Made by a program: the position numbers and the translations under genes. DNA of 32,034 nt from Candidatus Pacearchaeota archaeon (GTDB lineage: Archaea > Nanobdellota > Nanobdellia > Pacearchaeales > GW2011-AR1): NCBI GenBank assembly GCA_046705325.1, contig JBJKQQ010000001.1, forward strand, positions 1 through 32,034, written 5' to 3'. The notes below the pieces were generated by a model. That model was not told the DNA's origin and made no database searches. It was given only the letters and a program-made list of their open reading frames with translations. Position 1 is the first letter of the stretch, and the number at the start of each line of letters is the position of its first letter. Positions 16,941 to 25,487 of the stretch are shown piece after piece.

Positions 16941-17040
16941 AACTTTTGTTAATAAAAATTAATCTCCCTCTTCTTCATTTCCTTTTTCAGAATTCTTATT
17001 CTTCAAAGCAAACTCAGCCATCGAAAAGTCGTTATTGTTT

Positions 17041-17367
17041 TTAGTTTTTGCCGCTTTCCGATAACTTCGCCCAATATTCTGCCCTTTCGATGTTTGCGTG
17101 GAAATGAGATTTTCCTTCTTTCCGAAGTTTCCAGTAGATTAGGTTTCCATTAACTGTATCTATCCTGCGCGCGACTTTTGGCAAAGCCCGCTTGGATGCC
17201 GCCCGCGCCTGCGGAGTTTTTCCGTTGATTAATCTATCTTCTTCCTCTTTTTTCCATTTCAAAACTTCCTGCATTTCTTCTTCAGTCTCTTTTAGCCGTT
17301 CTTCAATTTCTTTCTCAGTCAGCGGAGGGAATTTTATTCCCCTTTTGTATTTGTATTGCGTTGCCAT
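17041..17367 (-). CDS. hypothetical protein (charged, Lys/Glu-rich)
   Basis: ORF-track frame. The ATG at 17367 (MATQYKYKRGIKF...) is preferred over the upstream GTG at 17415. No recognisable domain. Confidence 0.4.
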   Translation of the reverse strand: MATQYKYKRGIKFPPLTEKEIEERLKETEEEMQEVLKWKKEEEDRLINGKTPQARAASKRALPKVARRIDTVNGNLIYWKLRKEGKSHFHANIERAEYWAKLSESGKN

Positions 17368-17451
17368 TTGTTTTCGAAAAAAGAAAAGCGGACTTTTAAG
17401 TCTGCCGAAATTCACAATAATTCATTTAAACAATGTTTTATTTAGCTTTTC

Positions 17452-17691
17452 ATGGATAATGAAGAGCGGGCGAAATATTTTGTTTATGGCGGGATGGCTG
17501 CAGGGGCTGTCGCGGATTTAGTTTATTACGCGCTTTCTCATGAGAAAGGATTTTTCTCTGATTGGGGAAAAGAATTTGCCGCGGTCGTTTACGGCGGTTT
17601 GGCGGGAGCTGTTCTTGGAGATTTTGCAGAAAAGGCGTATTGCGTTTCCAAACGCATTGGAAAATTCTTGTCGGGCAAACTCGATAGTTAG
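17452..17691 (+). CDS. small glycine-zipper protein, hypothetical
   Basis: Internal duplication: VYGGMAAGAVADLVYY and VYGGLAGAVLGDF. 79 aa. Confidence 0.4.
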   Translation: MDNEERAKYFVYGGMAAGAVADLVYYALSHEKGFFSDWGKEFAAVVYGGLAGAVLGDFAEKAYCVSKRIGKFLSGKLDS

Positions 17692-17712
17692 GGATGAATG
17701 TTCAAGAATGTC

Positions 17713-17919
17713 TTAGCGGTGCTTGAAGAATTCTATCTGGCGAAATCTTCTTAGAACTTTTCTGTAAGGTCCGGGCTCGACGAGGACTTTTGTTTTCGCT
17801 TCGTTCAGCAATCGGAAGGTATAGTCTCGGACAGAGCCTTCAATCTTGTCTTTGCCTGGATACTTCTTCCATCTGCTTCGTCCTTTGTCGTCGGATTTTG
17901 GTTTGTATTGGAGGACCAT
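17713..17919 (-). CDS. hypothetical basic protein
   Basis: 68-aa Lys/Arg-rich ORF. No motif recognised. Confidence 0.35.
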   Translation of the reverse strand: MVLQYKPKSDDKGRSRWKKYPGKDKIEGSVRDYTFRLLNEAKTKVLVEPGPYRKVLRRFRQIEFFKHR

Positions 17920-17993
17920 TAAAAGGAAGAGATTTTATGATTTATATTTTTTTGGATATAAATTAATTTAAATGCTTTTCAATTCTTTGGTTA

Positions 17994-18407
17994 ATGGAAT
18001 TGGGTGGTGTTGTTTATCCCGATATAACCTCCTTGGGCAATGGGCACAAGGAGTTCAGAATTTCTTATCGAATAAGTTATGAAGAGCGGGGAAAGCTGGA
18101 GAGCGCCAGGAGGGACATCTCTGATTCAAGGGAGTTCGAACATTTGGCAGATTCGGTCTTTCATGATTTGGGATTGGATGGAGATTTCCCCAAAGTTTTT
18201 TATCACTTTTTCGGGGGCAGCTGCCTTTTGAAATCTTGCACTGTGCTGGACGGTTCGCGCGGCGTGTTTCTCAAACGCTCCGGTGAAGATGGATTCTATT
18301 ACGAGTCCAGAGGAATAGAAGGCCTCTCGGAAATTCCGGTTTGGTCTACATTGCTATTGAAAGGATTGAAATTATCAGATAGTCTTGCGGAACAAAAGAG
18401 CAGTTAG
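17994..18407 (+). CDS. hypothetical protein
   Basis: 137-aa ORF starting at an ATG. No motif recognised. Its 3' end overlaps the convergent phosphoesterase by 4 nt. Confidence 0.4.
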   Translation: MELGGVVYPDITSLGNGHKEFRISYRISYEERGKLESARRDISDSREFEHLADSVFHDLGLDGDFPKVFYHFFGGSCLLKSCTVLDGSRGVFLKRSGEDGFYYESRGIEGLSEIPVWSTLLLKGLKLSDSLAEQKSS

Positions 18408-19183
18408 TCTAATTCTCTGACTTTGCCGAAGTCATAGACTTTGTCTTTGCCGACGACGAAAACTTCGGAGTTCAGGATTTCCGTTTTGGGAACTATCGAG
18501 AAATACTTGCTGTAATCTTCTTCGTAGTCGTTGACGCTTGCGCCTTCGATGATGTTGAAAAAGCTTGGAAGCACGATGAGTTTTTTTCTGTAGAGTTTTC
18601 CGACGAGAAAGCACTTGAATTTTTCGCGTTTCACGCCTTTCTTTTCCGAAAGAACAACCGAAGGATGCAGATGGCCGAGCACGATTGTCCGGACTTTTTC
18701 TGAATAAATCTGCGGAAACTCGATGTGGCCGTGGACGAAGCAAATTCCAGAGTTAATGTAATAATTTTTCATTCGCTTGCCGGAGTAGTCCAACTTGTCA
18801 TGGTTGCCTTTGATTAAAATTATATCCGATTCTTTGAATTGTTTTTTCAGAAAATCGTAAATCTCGTCGAAGTATTTCATCTCTTTGTACTGGAATCCGA
18901 AGTAATGTTTTATGTCGCCGAGGAAGATTATTTTTTTGAGTTTGTAACCGAGGGATCTTATCTTCGAGAAAATTTCTTTCAGGTTTTCTATAGTTTCTTT
19001 GGTTTGGCTTTCCGGCAATCCAACTGCGGTCCGGCGGAGCATGTGCTCGAAGCCTAAGTGGAGATCGCCGATTGCAAGGATTTCCTGCTTTGGAAAGAAC
19101 ACAGCTTTGTCTATGAAGATGTATTCAGGAGTCTTTTCCGAAGGAATCTTCTTTTCAGATTTTTTTGGAGTCGGTTTTTTCAT
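18404..19183 (-). CDS. calcineurin-like metallophosphoesterase, MJ0037 / PdeM-like family
   Basis: Ordered phosphoesterase motifs: AIGDLHLG, FLGDIKH, GNHD, VHGH and GHLHP. Length of 259 aa. Confidence 0.8.
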   Translation of the reverse strand: MKKPTPKKSEKKIPSEKTPEYIFIDKAVFFPKQEILAIGDLHLGFEHMLRRTAVGLPESQTKETIENLKEIFSKIRSLGYKLKKIIFLGDIKHYFGFQYKEMKYFDEIYDFLKKQFKESDIILIKGNHDKLDYSGKRMKNYYINSGICFVHGHIEFPQIYSEKVRTIVLGHLHPSVVLSEKKGVKREKFKCFLVGKLYRKKLIVLPSFFNIIEGASVNDYEEDYSKYFSIVPKTEILNSEVFVVGKDKVYDFGKVRELD

Positions 19184-19205
19184 ATTGGAAACTAGGGATT
19201 TAATT

Positions 19206-19934
19206 TTATAAATTATTGTGACTGTATTCTCTTAGTTGCCAGATAACTTTGGAATATTCTGAGATAATGTTCTTGTAGTTTAGATAATTCTCTATTTGAT
19301 TGTCTATATCTGTCGAATAATTTTGGGCAATAAAATTTCTCGCTCTTGGTCCGATCTTGAATTTTAACTTTTCTGATTGCAACATCAATCGGCACATCAT
19401 GATTGCAGGATCCTGTTCTGCCAGAATTTCAATTTCCTGATTTTTTATTCCTTCCACCGCCCCGCAACTATAAAGAATGTTATTTCTAAATCCATAGGCG
19501 ATTGCGCTTGTGGTGAAGTCGCAGCCATTTAATATGGAGTTCAAATTCGGAAACAAGCTTTCATTTTTTGCTGATTTCCTTGCATTTAGTATCGCATTAG
19601 AAAATTTGACTAAATCAATTTCTATGTCTTTTTCAGGTTTCCATTTTGGAGATCCGAATCGAGACATTTCCAGATCTTTCCTATTTGGAAAACGATCAAA
19701 GTCTATTTCTCTGATTGAGTCATCTATCAAAAGGTCATAATCTCGCGCTTGATGGTTTGTTCCATAGATTGCTTTTACAAGGACATCTCTAACTGCCCCA
19801 CCCTAGAGATATAAATCATAATCTTCAAAAATCTCTCTGACAGCCTTGGTTACGTATTTTCCTCTTTTGTTTTCTGTTAAATCTTCCAGAATAAGATCTG
19901 TTAATCTTTGCGATTTGTATCTCTTTACTTCCAT
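19206..19934 (-). pseudogene. class-II (PolyA_pol/CCA-adding head) nucleotidyltransferase interrupted by an in-frame TAG
   Basis: Reading from ATG 19934 gives MEVKRYKSQRLTDLILEDLTENKRGKYVTKAVREIFEDYDLYL*GGAVRDVLVK...DYDLLIDD...GCDFTTSAIAY. The TAG at 19805..19803 sits exactly where family members have the residue before GGxVRD. The DxD and RDFTxNA-like motifs follow in the same frame, which is the ORF-track 19206..19730 frame. Confidence 0.7.
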
Positions 19935-20016
19935 AATATATTAAGGGAGTTCATTTTAAAATCTTTCTGATGTTTGCGGGCGGCAACTTTATATAAAGTA
20001 AACTATTGTTCAGTTT

Positions 20017-20523
20017 ATGAAAAAGATTTTTAACACGCGACGAAAAAGCGTTAAGGTTGAGCACTATGCGTTCAGGGTTTCGATCATTTTGAAAGGAATT
20101 GAAAGTTTGCTGGAGTTGATTTCGGGGGCTTTGCTGTTGTTTGTCAACGCGTCTGCAATTCAGAATTTCATCTACAACCTTTTCGCAAAGGAGTTGGTTG
20201 AAGACCCTCACAGTTTTATCGCCACGACGGTAGTGCATTGGGCGAGCCAGTTCTCGTCGGGGGTTGAATGGTTTTTAGCATTGTACTTTTTGTCGCATGG
20301 AATAATAAAATCCGGGTTGCTCGTCGGGCTTTGGTATGAAAAGATAAAACTATACCCTATAGCTATAGGGATTTTCGTGCTATTCATAGTGTATCAGATT
20401 TACAAGTATATCATAAGCCCTTCAGGGTGGCTGATCTACCTGACTGTTTTGGATTTGATTTTCATCTGGCTGGCGATACTTGAATGGAAACATCTGAAAG
20501 AAAAACCGATTAAATCGTCGTAA
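20017..20523 (+). CDS. DUF2127-like membrane protein
   Basis: Four-TM protein with the N-terminal pattern HYAFRVSIILKGIESLLELISGALLLF. Confidence 0.5.
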   Translation: MKKIFNTRRKSVKVEHYAFRVSIILKGIESLLELISGALLLFVNASAIQNFIYNLFAKELVEDPHSFIATTVVHWASQFSSGVEWFLALYFLSHGIIKSGLLVGLWYEKIKLYPIAIGIFVLFIVYQIYKYIISPSGWLIYLTVLDLIFIWLAILEWKHLKEKPIKSS

Positions 20524-20540
20524 TTAAAGATAAAGATAAA

Positions 20541-20595
20541 TTGTCCCTTCGGGATTGCTGTTCCCCTCCCCGCCCAGCCCATAAGGGGAAGGCGT
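20541..20595 (+). repeat. tetraloop-hairpin plus C-box element F3
   Basis: TGTCCC-TTCG-GGAT hairpin followed by the C-box CCCCTCCCCGCCCAGCCC, which nearly matches the C-box at 15159-15174, then GGGGAAGG and a T5 run. Begins 18 nt after the DUF2127 gene's stop codon. Confidence 0.45.
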
Positions 20596-21365
20596 TAATT
20601 ATTTTTGATTAATATTTTACTTATTTCTTCTTTTACGGATTCGTCCAAATTTGGAATTTCGTTTTTGAGAACTCTTATTCCTTGTTGCCCGATGAGTAAG
20701 GCGTCATTTATTTCTTTCGGTTTGGGATCATATCCGCTATGTTTTATTTTATTATCCACATCACAAATATCTTTGCTGATTTGTTTTAGGATGCTTTCTT
20801 TCCCATTAAATACCTTTTTTTCTAAACATATTCTTATGACTTTTCCCAATTTTGCCCCATCCATATCTAACGCTATTCCTAGTTCATCTTTTAATAATAT
20901 CTCAAATACTGTGTGCAAATTGCTGAAGAGACCCTCTTTGTTGTTACTTTTGGCAGACTCGTTTGCTCTTTTCATTTTTTCTTCTATTCCTAAAAAAAGA
21001 TTTCCTTCTTCAATTTCTTCTTCTCCAGAGAATTCTATTTTAAATAGGTCTATGGCATGATCAAAGAACCTATTTATGTCGTCCTTAAACGGTTTGCCAT
21101 AGCCACTCGTTAGGTCTCTATATTCTAATGCCAAAGTCTGTTGATATGGTTTCAATAACTCGAAACATAAGTTATAAGTTATCCCTAACTGCGATTTTAC
21201 TCTAATTGCCCCAGAATAAGTTTTATTATTCCCCAATCCATAAGGAGATACTTCTTCATTCATATATTTATCTAGTAATGATAAGTGTCTAATTAAAAAG
21301 TTTAATGTGGATTTACTTTTTATAGGGCAAATAGTTGATAGTTCTTCAAACTCTTTTAACACCAT
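20595..21365 (-). CDS. hypothetical protein downstream of lhr
   Basis: 256-aa AT-rich ORF, 46 nt downstream of the lhr stop on the same strand. No catalytic motif recognised. Confidence 0.5.
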   Translation of the reverse strand: MVLKEFEELSTICPIKSKSTLNFLIRHLSLLDKYMNEEVSPYGLGNNKTYSGAIRVKSQLGITYNLCFELLKPYQQTLALEYRDLTSGYGKPFKDDINRFFDHAIDLFKIEFSGEEEIEEGNLFLGIEEKMKRANESAKSNNKEGLFSNLHTVFEILLKDELGIALDMDGAKLGKVIRICLEKKVFNGKESILKQISKDICDVDNKIKHSGYDPKPKEINDALLIGQQGIRVLKNEIPNLDESVKEEISKILIKNN

Positions 21366-21411
21366 AGTATAAAATCTTCTTTATTCTTTTTAAGAATTAT
21401 TATATTTGGAA

Positions 21412-24009
21412 TTAATACTCCAAACCCATCTTTTTCTGGATTATCTTGAGATGTTCTTTGTGCATACGCTTCAGGAAATCCTGTTTGTCTTCGATTCTCA
21501 TTAAATCTGTTTGGCCCTGAAGAATTAAGTTTGTTGCGAAAGGGCTCGGGATGATCGTGTCGCGGAATTCGACGCGGAGCTTTTTGTCTTTTATCCATCC
21601 TATGACCTGCTTCGCGTTTTGGATATCCATTAGGTCTTCCAAAACCTCCCGGCGGGCTTCACGGAGGATTGGGAATTCATTCGTGATCTTCTTGACTGCG
21701 TGGAGAAGGAAATGAGATTTCATCTGCTGCTTGCCGACGGTTTTGCTGTTTCCTTTGTAATTTCGCAGAATCATCAGAGCCCGGCCGGCGCAGTGCCTGA
21801 ATCTTCTTGCGAGAACGTCAGTTTTTTCAATCGCTTCCTGTAAGATCTCATCCATGTTTTTCACGTTTATGAAATTCATTGCTTTATCGATGTTGAGGCT
21901 TTCTCCAGCAAGATAGAAACCATTGTCGTTTATTCCGATTTCGATATCTCTTCCGCCTGCGCGGCCTACAAGGAATCCCAGAGCGCGGGAAAGGGCATCA
22001 TTGACACGGCGGCCGTACATGCTGTGGAAAATCAGATATTTTTTCTCGCCCTTGTAGCGTTCTACTATCATCGTCTTTTCATTTGGGATCGCGAGGAACT
22101 TGAATTGTTCATAGAAATAATCCGTGATTTTCTTTGCGGTTTCTTTGTTGACATAAAGATAATCTTTTACAAAATCCTGAATCTCGGATTTTGATTTGCC
22201 TGCCGCGAATTTCTCGGTCATGAAAAGCCTAAATTTGTTTATTTCAAGACCCGAATCAAAGCTAAGGGGAAGCATCTCGGAGAACCATGAAGGAATCGTC
22301 GGATTGAGGTGTTCGGCAGAGTTGACATAAAGATTCATTCCTCTTGAATATGCAAACTGGTATTTTCTTCCGCCGAGAACGAAAACATCGCCTTTCTTCA
22401 TTCGCTCCATGAAACCTTCGTCGATGAAACCGATTTGCTCCTGCGATTTTGTGTGTTTGACAGTAATGAAAGATTCTTCCGGTATGGTTCCGATGTTTGT
22501 CATGTACATGACACGAGCCATCTTTCCACGTTTTCCAATCTGCTTTGTTTCAGGATCGTACCAGATTTTCCCGTAGACGTGATTTTTTTCCAAATCATAT
22601 TCGCCTGCAAGATAACTTATGACGTCGAGGTAATCTTTTTTTGTTAAATCTGAATAACAGTAACTTTTCTTTATCGTGTCAAAAAGTTCGTCGATGTTCC
22701 AGATTTTGTAGATCGCCATGCCGTAAATCTGCTGCGCCAAAACGTCAAGGCAGTTTCTCGGAAATTTGATCTTGTTGATTTTCTTTTCTATCATCTCTTT
22801 TTGGATGACAGAGCATTCAACCAGATCGTCTCTGTCGGTGACTATGAATCGGCCTTTTGCGACTTCGTTCAGCTTGTGGCCTGCTCTTCCTAAACGCTGG
22901 AGGGCTCTTGCAGAAGACTTGGGAGAACCTATCATTATGACTAAGTCGATTGAACCAATATCTATTCCAAGTTCAAGGCTTGTTGAACAGACAACTACTT
23001 TTAGTTCTCCGTTTCTTAATCTTTCCTCTACATCGAATCTATGCATTTTGGAAAGCGAAGAGTGGTGCGCTGCGATGTTGTCGTCGCCGTATTCGGTCGG
23101 GAATTTTTCTTTGAGCTTGCTGACAATCCTTTCCGTTGCGGAACGCGTGTTTGTGAAGATGAGGGTTGTTTTGTTTTTGCCGATTAAATCTGCAAGAAGA
23201 GTGTAAAGGTTCGGCATCATGTTTTTGTCGCCGATTAAATCGTCTGTCGGTGTGAGAACCTCGACATCGACTTTTTTTGCGAGCGGGACGCGGGCAATTA
23301 AAACCTCGCGGTCTTTGGCTTCGCCGACAAGATATTTTCCGACTTCTTCCATCGGTTCTATTGTAGCTGACAGGCCTATTTTTGTCGGCCAGATTTGACT
23401 GATTTCATTCAATCGCTCCATTGTCAAACTCAAGTAAGTTCCGCGCTTGTTGTCCAGCGCGTGGATTTCATCTATGATGAAGAATTCTGCAGCTTTCCTG
23501 TTTTCAACGAACTTTGGGCTCGTTAACGTTATTGCCAAAGATTCAGGAGTTGTTACAAATATGTGGGGGACTTTTCTTGCCATTTTTGCCCGTTCGGATT
23601 GAGTCGTGTCGCCTGTTCTTAGGCCGACTCTTATATCCATGAGTTTGATGCCTTTGGCTTCCGCGATTGCTTTGATTTGTTCAAGAGGTTCTACAAGATT
23701 TTTGTGGATGTCGTTGCTAAGAGCTTTTAGCGGCGAAGTGTAAATCGCGTAAATCCTGTCTTCAAGAGTTCCGTTTTCCGCCTGGATGACAAGATAATTC
23801 AGGATTGACAAAAAAGCTGTAAGAGTTTTGGTGCTTCCGGTTGGCGCCGAGATTAAAATGTCTCTCCTGTTCCAAATGTTCAAAACACCATACTCCTGAG
23901 TAGGCGAGAAATCCTTGAACCTTGAGAAGAACCATTCTTTGACAAGAGGATGAAGAATGTCTCGTGTTTCTTTGTTGCTGTTTCTTTCGGCTTGGAGAAC
24001 TGTTGTCAT
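21412..24009 (-). CDS. lhr: Lhr-core type DEAD/DEAH-box superfamily 2 helicase
   Basis: Motif I SAPTGSTKT, motif II DEIH, motif III SAT, HHSSLS, motif VI QRLGRAGH, and a long Lhr-type C-terminal (DEAD-associated) region. Length of 865 aa. Confidence 0.9.
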   Translation of the reverse strand: MTTVLQAERNSNKETRDILHPLVKEWFFSRFKDFSPTQEYGVLNIWNRRDILISAPTGSTKTLTAFLSILNYLVIQAENGTLEDRIYAIYTSPLKALSNDIHKNLVEPLEQIKAIAEAKGIKLMDIRVGLRTGDTTQSERAKMARKVPHIFVTTPESLAITLTSPKFVENRKAAEFFIIDEIHALDNKRGTYLSLTMERLNEISQIWPTKIGLSATIEPMEEVGKYLVGEAKDREVLIARVPLAKKVDVEVLTPTDDLIGDKNMMPNLYTLLADLIGKNKTTLIFTNTRSATERIVSKLKEKFPTEYGDDNIAAHHSSLSKMHRFDVEERLRNGELKVVVCSTSLELGIDIGSIDLVIMIGSPKSSARALQRLGRAGHKLNEVAKGRFIVTDRDDLVECSVIQKEMIEKKINKIKFPRNCLDVLAQQIYGMAIYKIWNIDELFDTIKKSYCYSDLTKKDYLDVISYLAGEYDLEKNHVYGKIWYDPETKQIGKRGKMARVMYMTNIGTIPEESFITVKHTKSQEQIGFIDEGFMERMKKGDVFVLGGRKYQFAYSRGMNLYVNSAEHLNPTIPSWFSEMLPLSFDSGLEINKFRLFMTEKFAAGKSKSEIQDFVKDYLYVNKETAKKITDYFYEQFKFLAIPNEKTMIVERYKGEKKYLIFHSMYGRRVNDALSRALGFLVGRAGGRDIEIGINDNGFYLAGESLNIDKAMNFINVKNMDEILQEAIEKTDVLARRFRHCAGRALMILRNYKGNSKTVGKQQMKSHFLLHAVKKITNEFPILREARREVLEDLMDIQNAKQVIGWIKDKKLRVEFRDTIIPSPFATNLILQGQTDLMRIEDKQDFLKRMHKEHLKIIQKKMGLEY

Positions 24010-24087
24010 TTTTTAGCTGATTGAAATTAGTTTAAGAATGTATCTATTGCAATATATATTTTGAATCACAGGAGAGATAATTGTTCA

Positions 24088-24124
24088 CTCCGCTCTTTCG
24101 AGCGGAGGGTGTCCCGAAGGAATT
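24088..24124 (-). repeat. tetraloop-hairpin element F1
   Basis: An 8-bp stem CTCCGCTC/GAGCGGAG whose loop reads GAAA on the minus strand. Followed by the 16-mer GTGTCCCGAAGGAATT (24109-24124), which reads UCC-UUCG-GGA on the minus strand. The 16-mer is identical at 25370-25385. Confidence 0.5.
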
Positions 24125-24171
24125 GTTATCTTATCAAGGGCGAGGGATTTAAGTAATTTTTGGCTGGAGAT

Positions 24172-24432
24172 TTAATCGTAAACTTTGTCTCGCTTATCTA
24201 TTTTTATGATGACAATTCTGTTTGTTTCATAATTGACACGATAAAGCGCGCGATGTTTTCCGATTCTTATCCTGAATGTTGGAAGCTCGCAGCCGACAAT
24301 TCTTTTTGTGTCGTGCGGGATTGGATCTGAAGAAAGCATGTCAACCTTGTTCACTATTCTTTTGGCTACAAATTTGTCTTGTTTTTTGAGGAAACTTTTT
24401 GGCTGCTTTTCGTAATCTATATGAAAATTCAT
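24172..24432 (-). CDS. relE: RelE/ParE-family type II toxin
   Basis: 86 aa with the typical C-terminal pattern FRIRIGKHRALYRVNYETNRIVIIKIDKRDKVY. Overlaps the upstream small ORF by 4 nt. Confidence 0.8.
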   Translation of the reverse strand: MNFHIDYEKQPKSFLKKQDKFVAKRIVNKVDMLSSDPIPHDTKRIVGCELPTFRIRIGKHRALYRVNYETNRIVIIKIDKRDKVYD

Positions 24433-24620
24433 ATTCCTAACTCTTTTCTTAAATCCTTAGAAGAAATCAGCTTCCCCGCTTTTTCATTCTCCACGCTTTC
24501 GTCGAGCATCTTTCTTTCTTCTTCAGTCAAAATTATGTCTGGGTCTATCATGTTCGCCTGGATGTTTTTCAGGATTTTCTCCATTCGGTCTAATCTGTCG
24601 ATTATGTTTTGCTGTTCCAT
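24429..24620 (-). CDS. cognate antitoxin (RelB-like small acidic protein)
   Basis: 63-aa acidic ORF translationally coupled to relE, ending ...GKLISSKDLRKELGI. Confidence 0.65.
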   Translation of the reverse strand: MEQQNIIDRLDRMEKILKNIQANMIDPDIILTEEERKMLDESVENEKAGKLISSKDLRKELGI

Positions 24621-24725
24621 GGAATGTTAAGGATGAGATTGTATATAAGGTTTTTGGGAAGCGGCATTCAATCTTCTTTTTGGAATTATATAAAAATTTA
24701 AGTAACCTTTTTGTCTTAAGCGGAT

Positions 24726-25043
24726 ATGTTTCGGGTCTTTACGACGGATGAGTTTGACAATCGATTTGATAATCTTGATGAATCTGAGAAGAAAGCTGTC
24801 AGGAAAATCTTAGGCAAGTTGAGAGAGCAAGGAGGAATCGTCGGCAAGCCGTTAAGAGTTCCTTATTTTAGGGAGAAAAAATTTGAGGGGAAGAGATTGT
24901 ATTTCTTGGTTTACGATGATTTTATGGTTCTTTTAGCTGTTGCGATAAGCGATAAAAAAGCCCAGCAGGAAACAATAAATAAAATTCTCTCAAGGATAAA
25001 CGATTACAAAGAAATTGTTCTCGAACGTCTTTCCGGAGCTTAA
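24726..25043 (+). CDS. RelE/ParE-like toxin-fold protein, no co-directional antitoxin
   Basis: 105 aa with a RelE-like layout: FDNRFDNLDESEKKAVRKILGKL...GKPL...KRLYFLVYDDFMVLLAVAISDKK. Confidence 0.55.
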   Translation: MFRVFTTDEFDNRFDNLDESEKKAVRKILGKLREQGGIVGKPLRVPYFREKKFEGKRLYFLVYDDFMVLLAVAISDKKAQQETINKILSRINDYKEIVLERLSGA

Positions 25044-25249
25044 CCTTTCCATTCTTTTATTCTTCCATGCTTGATGTCTTCAAGACTTCTCTCTACTTGT
25101 CTGACCAGATCTATATCTATTTTTTTTATTGCAATGCCCTCTTCAATTTTACCGATTACCATTACAGAGTCTTTGTCAAGTTGCAGTTCGTTTCGAATTT
25201 TCCGGGGAATTACTATCTGGCCTTTAGAACTCATCTTTATTATTTCCAT
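25040..25249 (-). CDS. AbrB/MazE/SpoVT-family antitoxin-like DNA-binding protein
   Basis: SSKGQIVIPRKIRNELQL swapped-hairpin motif. 69 aa. Its 3' end overlaps the convergent RelE-like gene by 4 nt. Confidence 0.75.
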   Translation of the reverse strand: MEIIKMSSKGQIVIPRKIRNELQLDKDSVMVIGKIEEGIAIKKIDIDLVRQVERSLEDIKHGRIKEWKG

Positions 25250-25337
25250 GTATTAATGTAAGAACTTCTTACTTTTAAATTTTTGTGTTTGCGGGAATAA
25301 AAAATAATATTTCAGAATTGATCCTGTCTTAATGTTC

Positions 25338-25385
25338 CTTAACCCGCGCTCCGGAGAGCAGAGTTAAGCGTGTCCCGAAGGAATT
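25338..25385 (-). repeat. tetraloop-hairpin element F2
   Basis: Stem CTTAAC(25338-25343)/GTTAAG(25363-25368) encloses GCTC-CGGA-GAGC, whose loop reads UCCG on the minus strand. Followed by the same 16-mer GTGTCCCGAAGGAATT (25370-25385) as in F1. Confidence 0.5.
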
Positions 25386-25487
25386 TGTAATATTGAGAAT
25401 GAACAATAGTTTAAATAGGTTTTGGGTTTATTACTTTGGTGCGTTAAAGATTGGCACAAAATAATTAGATAAATTTTAAAAGATAAA

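Noticed and set aside
19803-19805. In-frame TAG as evidence for amber recoding (pyrrolysine or a reassigned code).
   Set aside because: TAG terminates at least two well-supported genes in the same window, lpdA at 2449-2451 and the DedA gene at 15924-15926. No pyl genes are visible. A pseudogene, a variant or rare read-through is more parsimonious.
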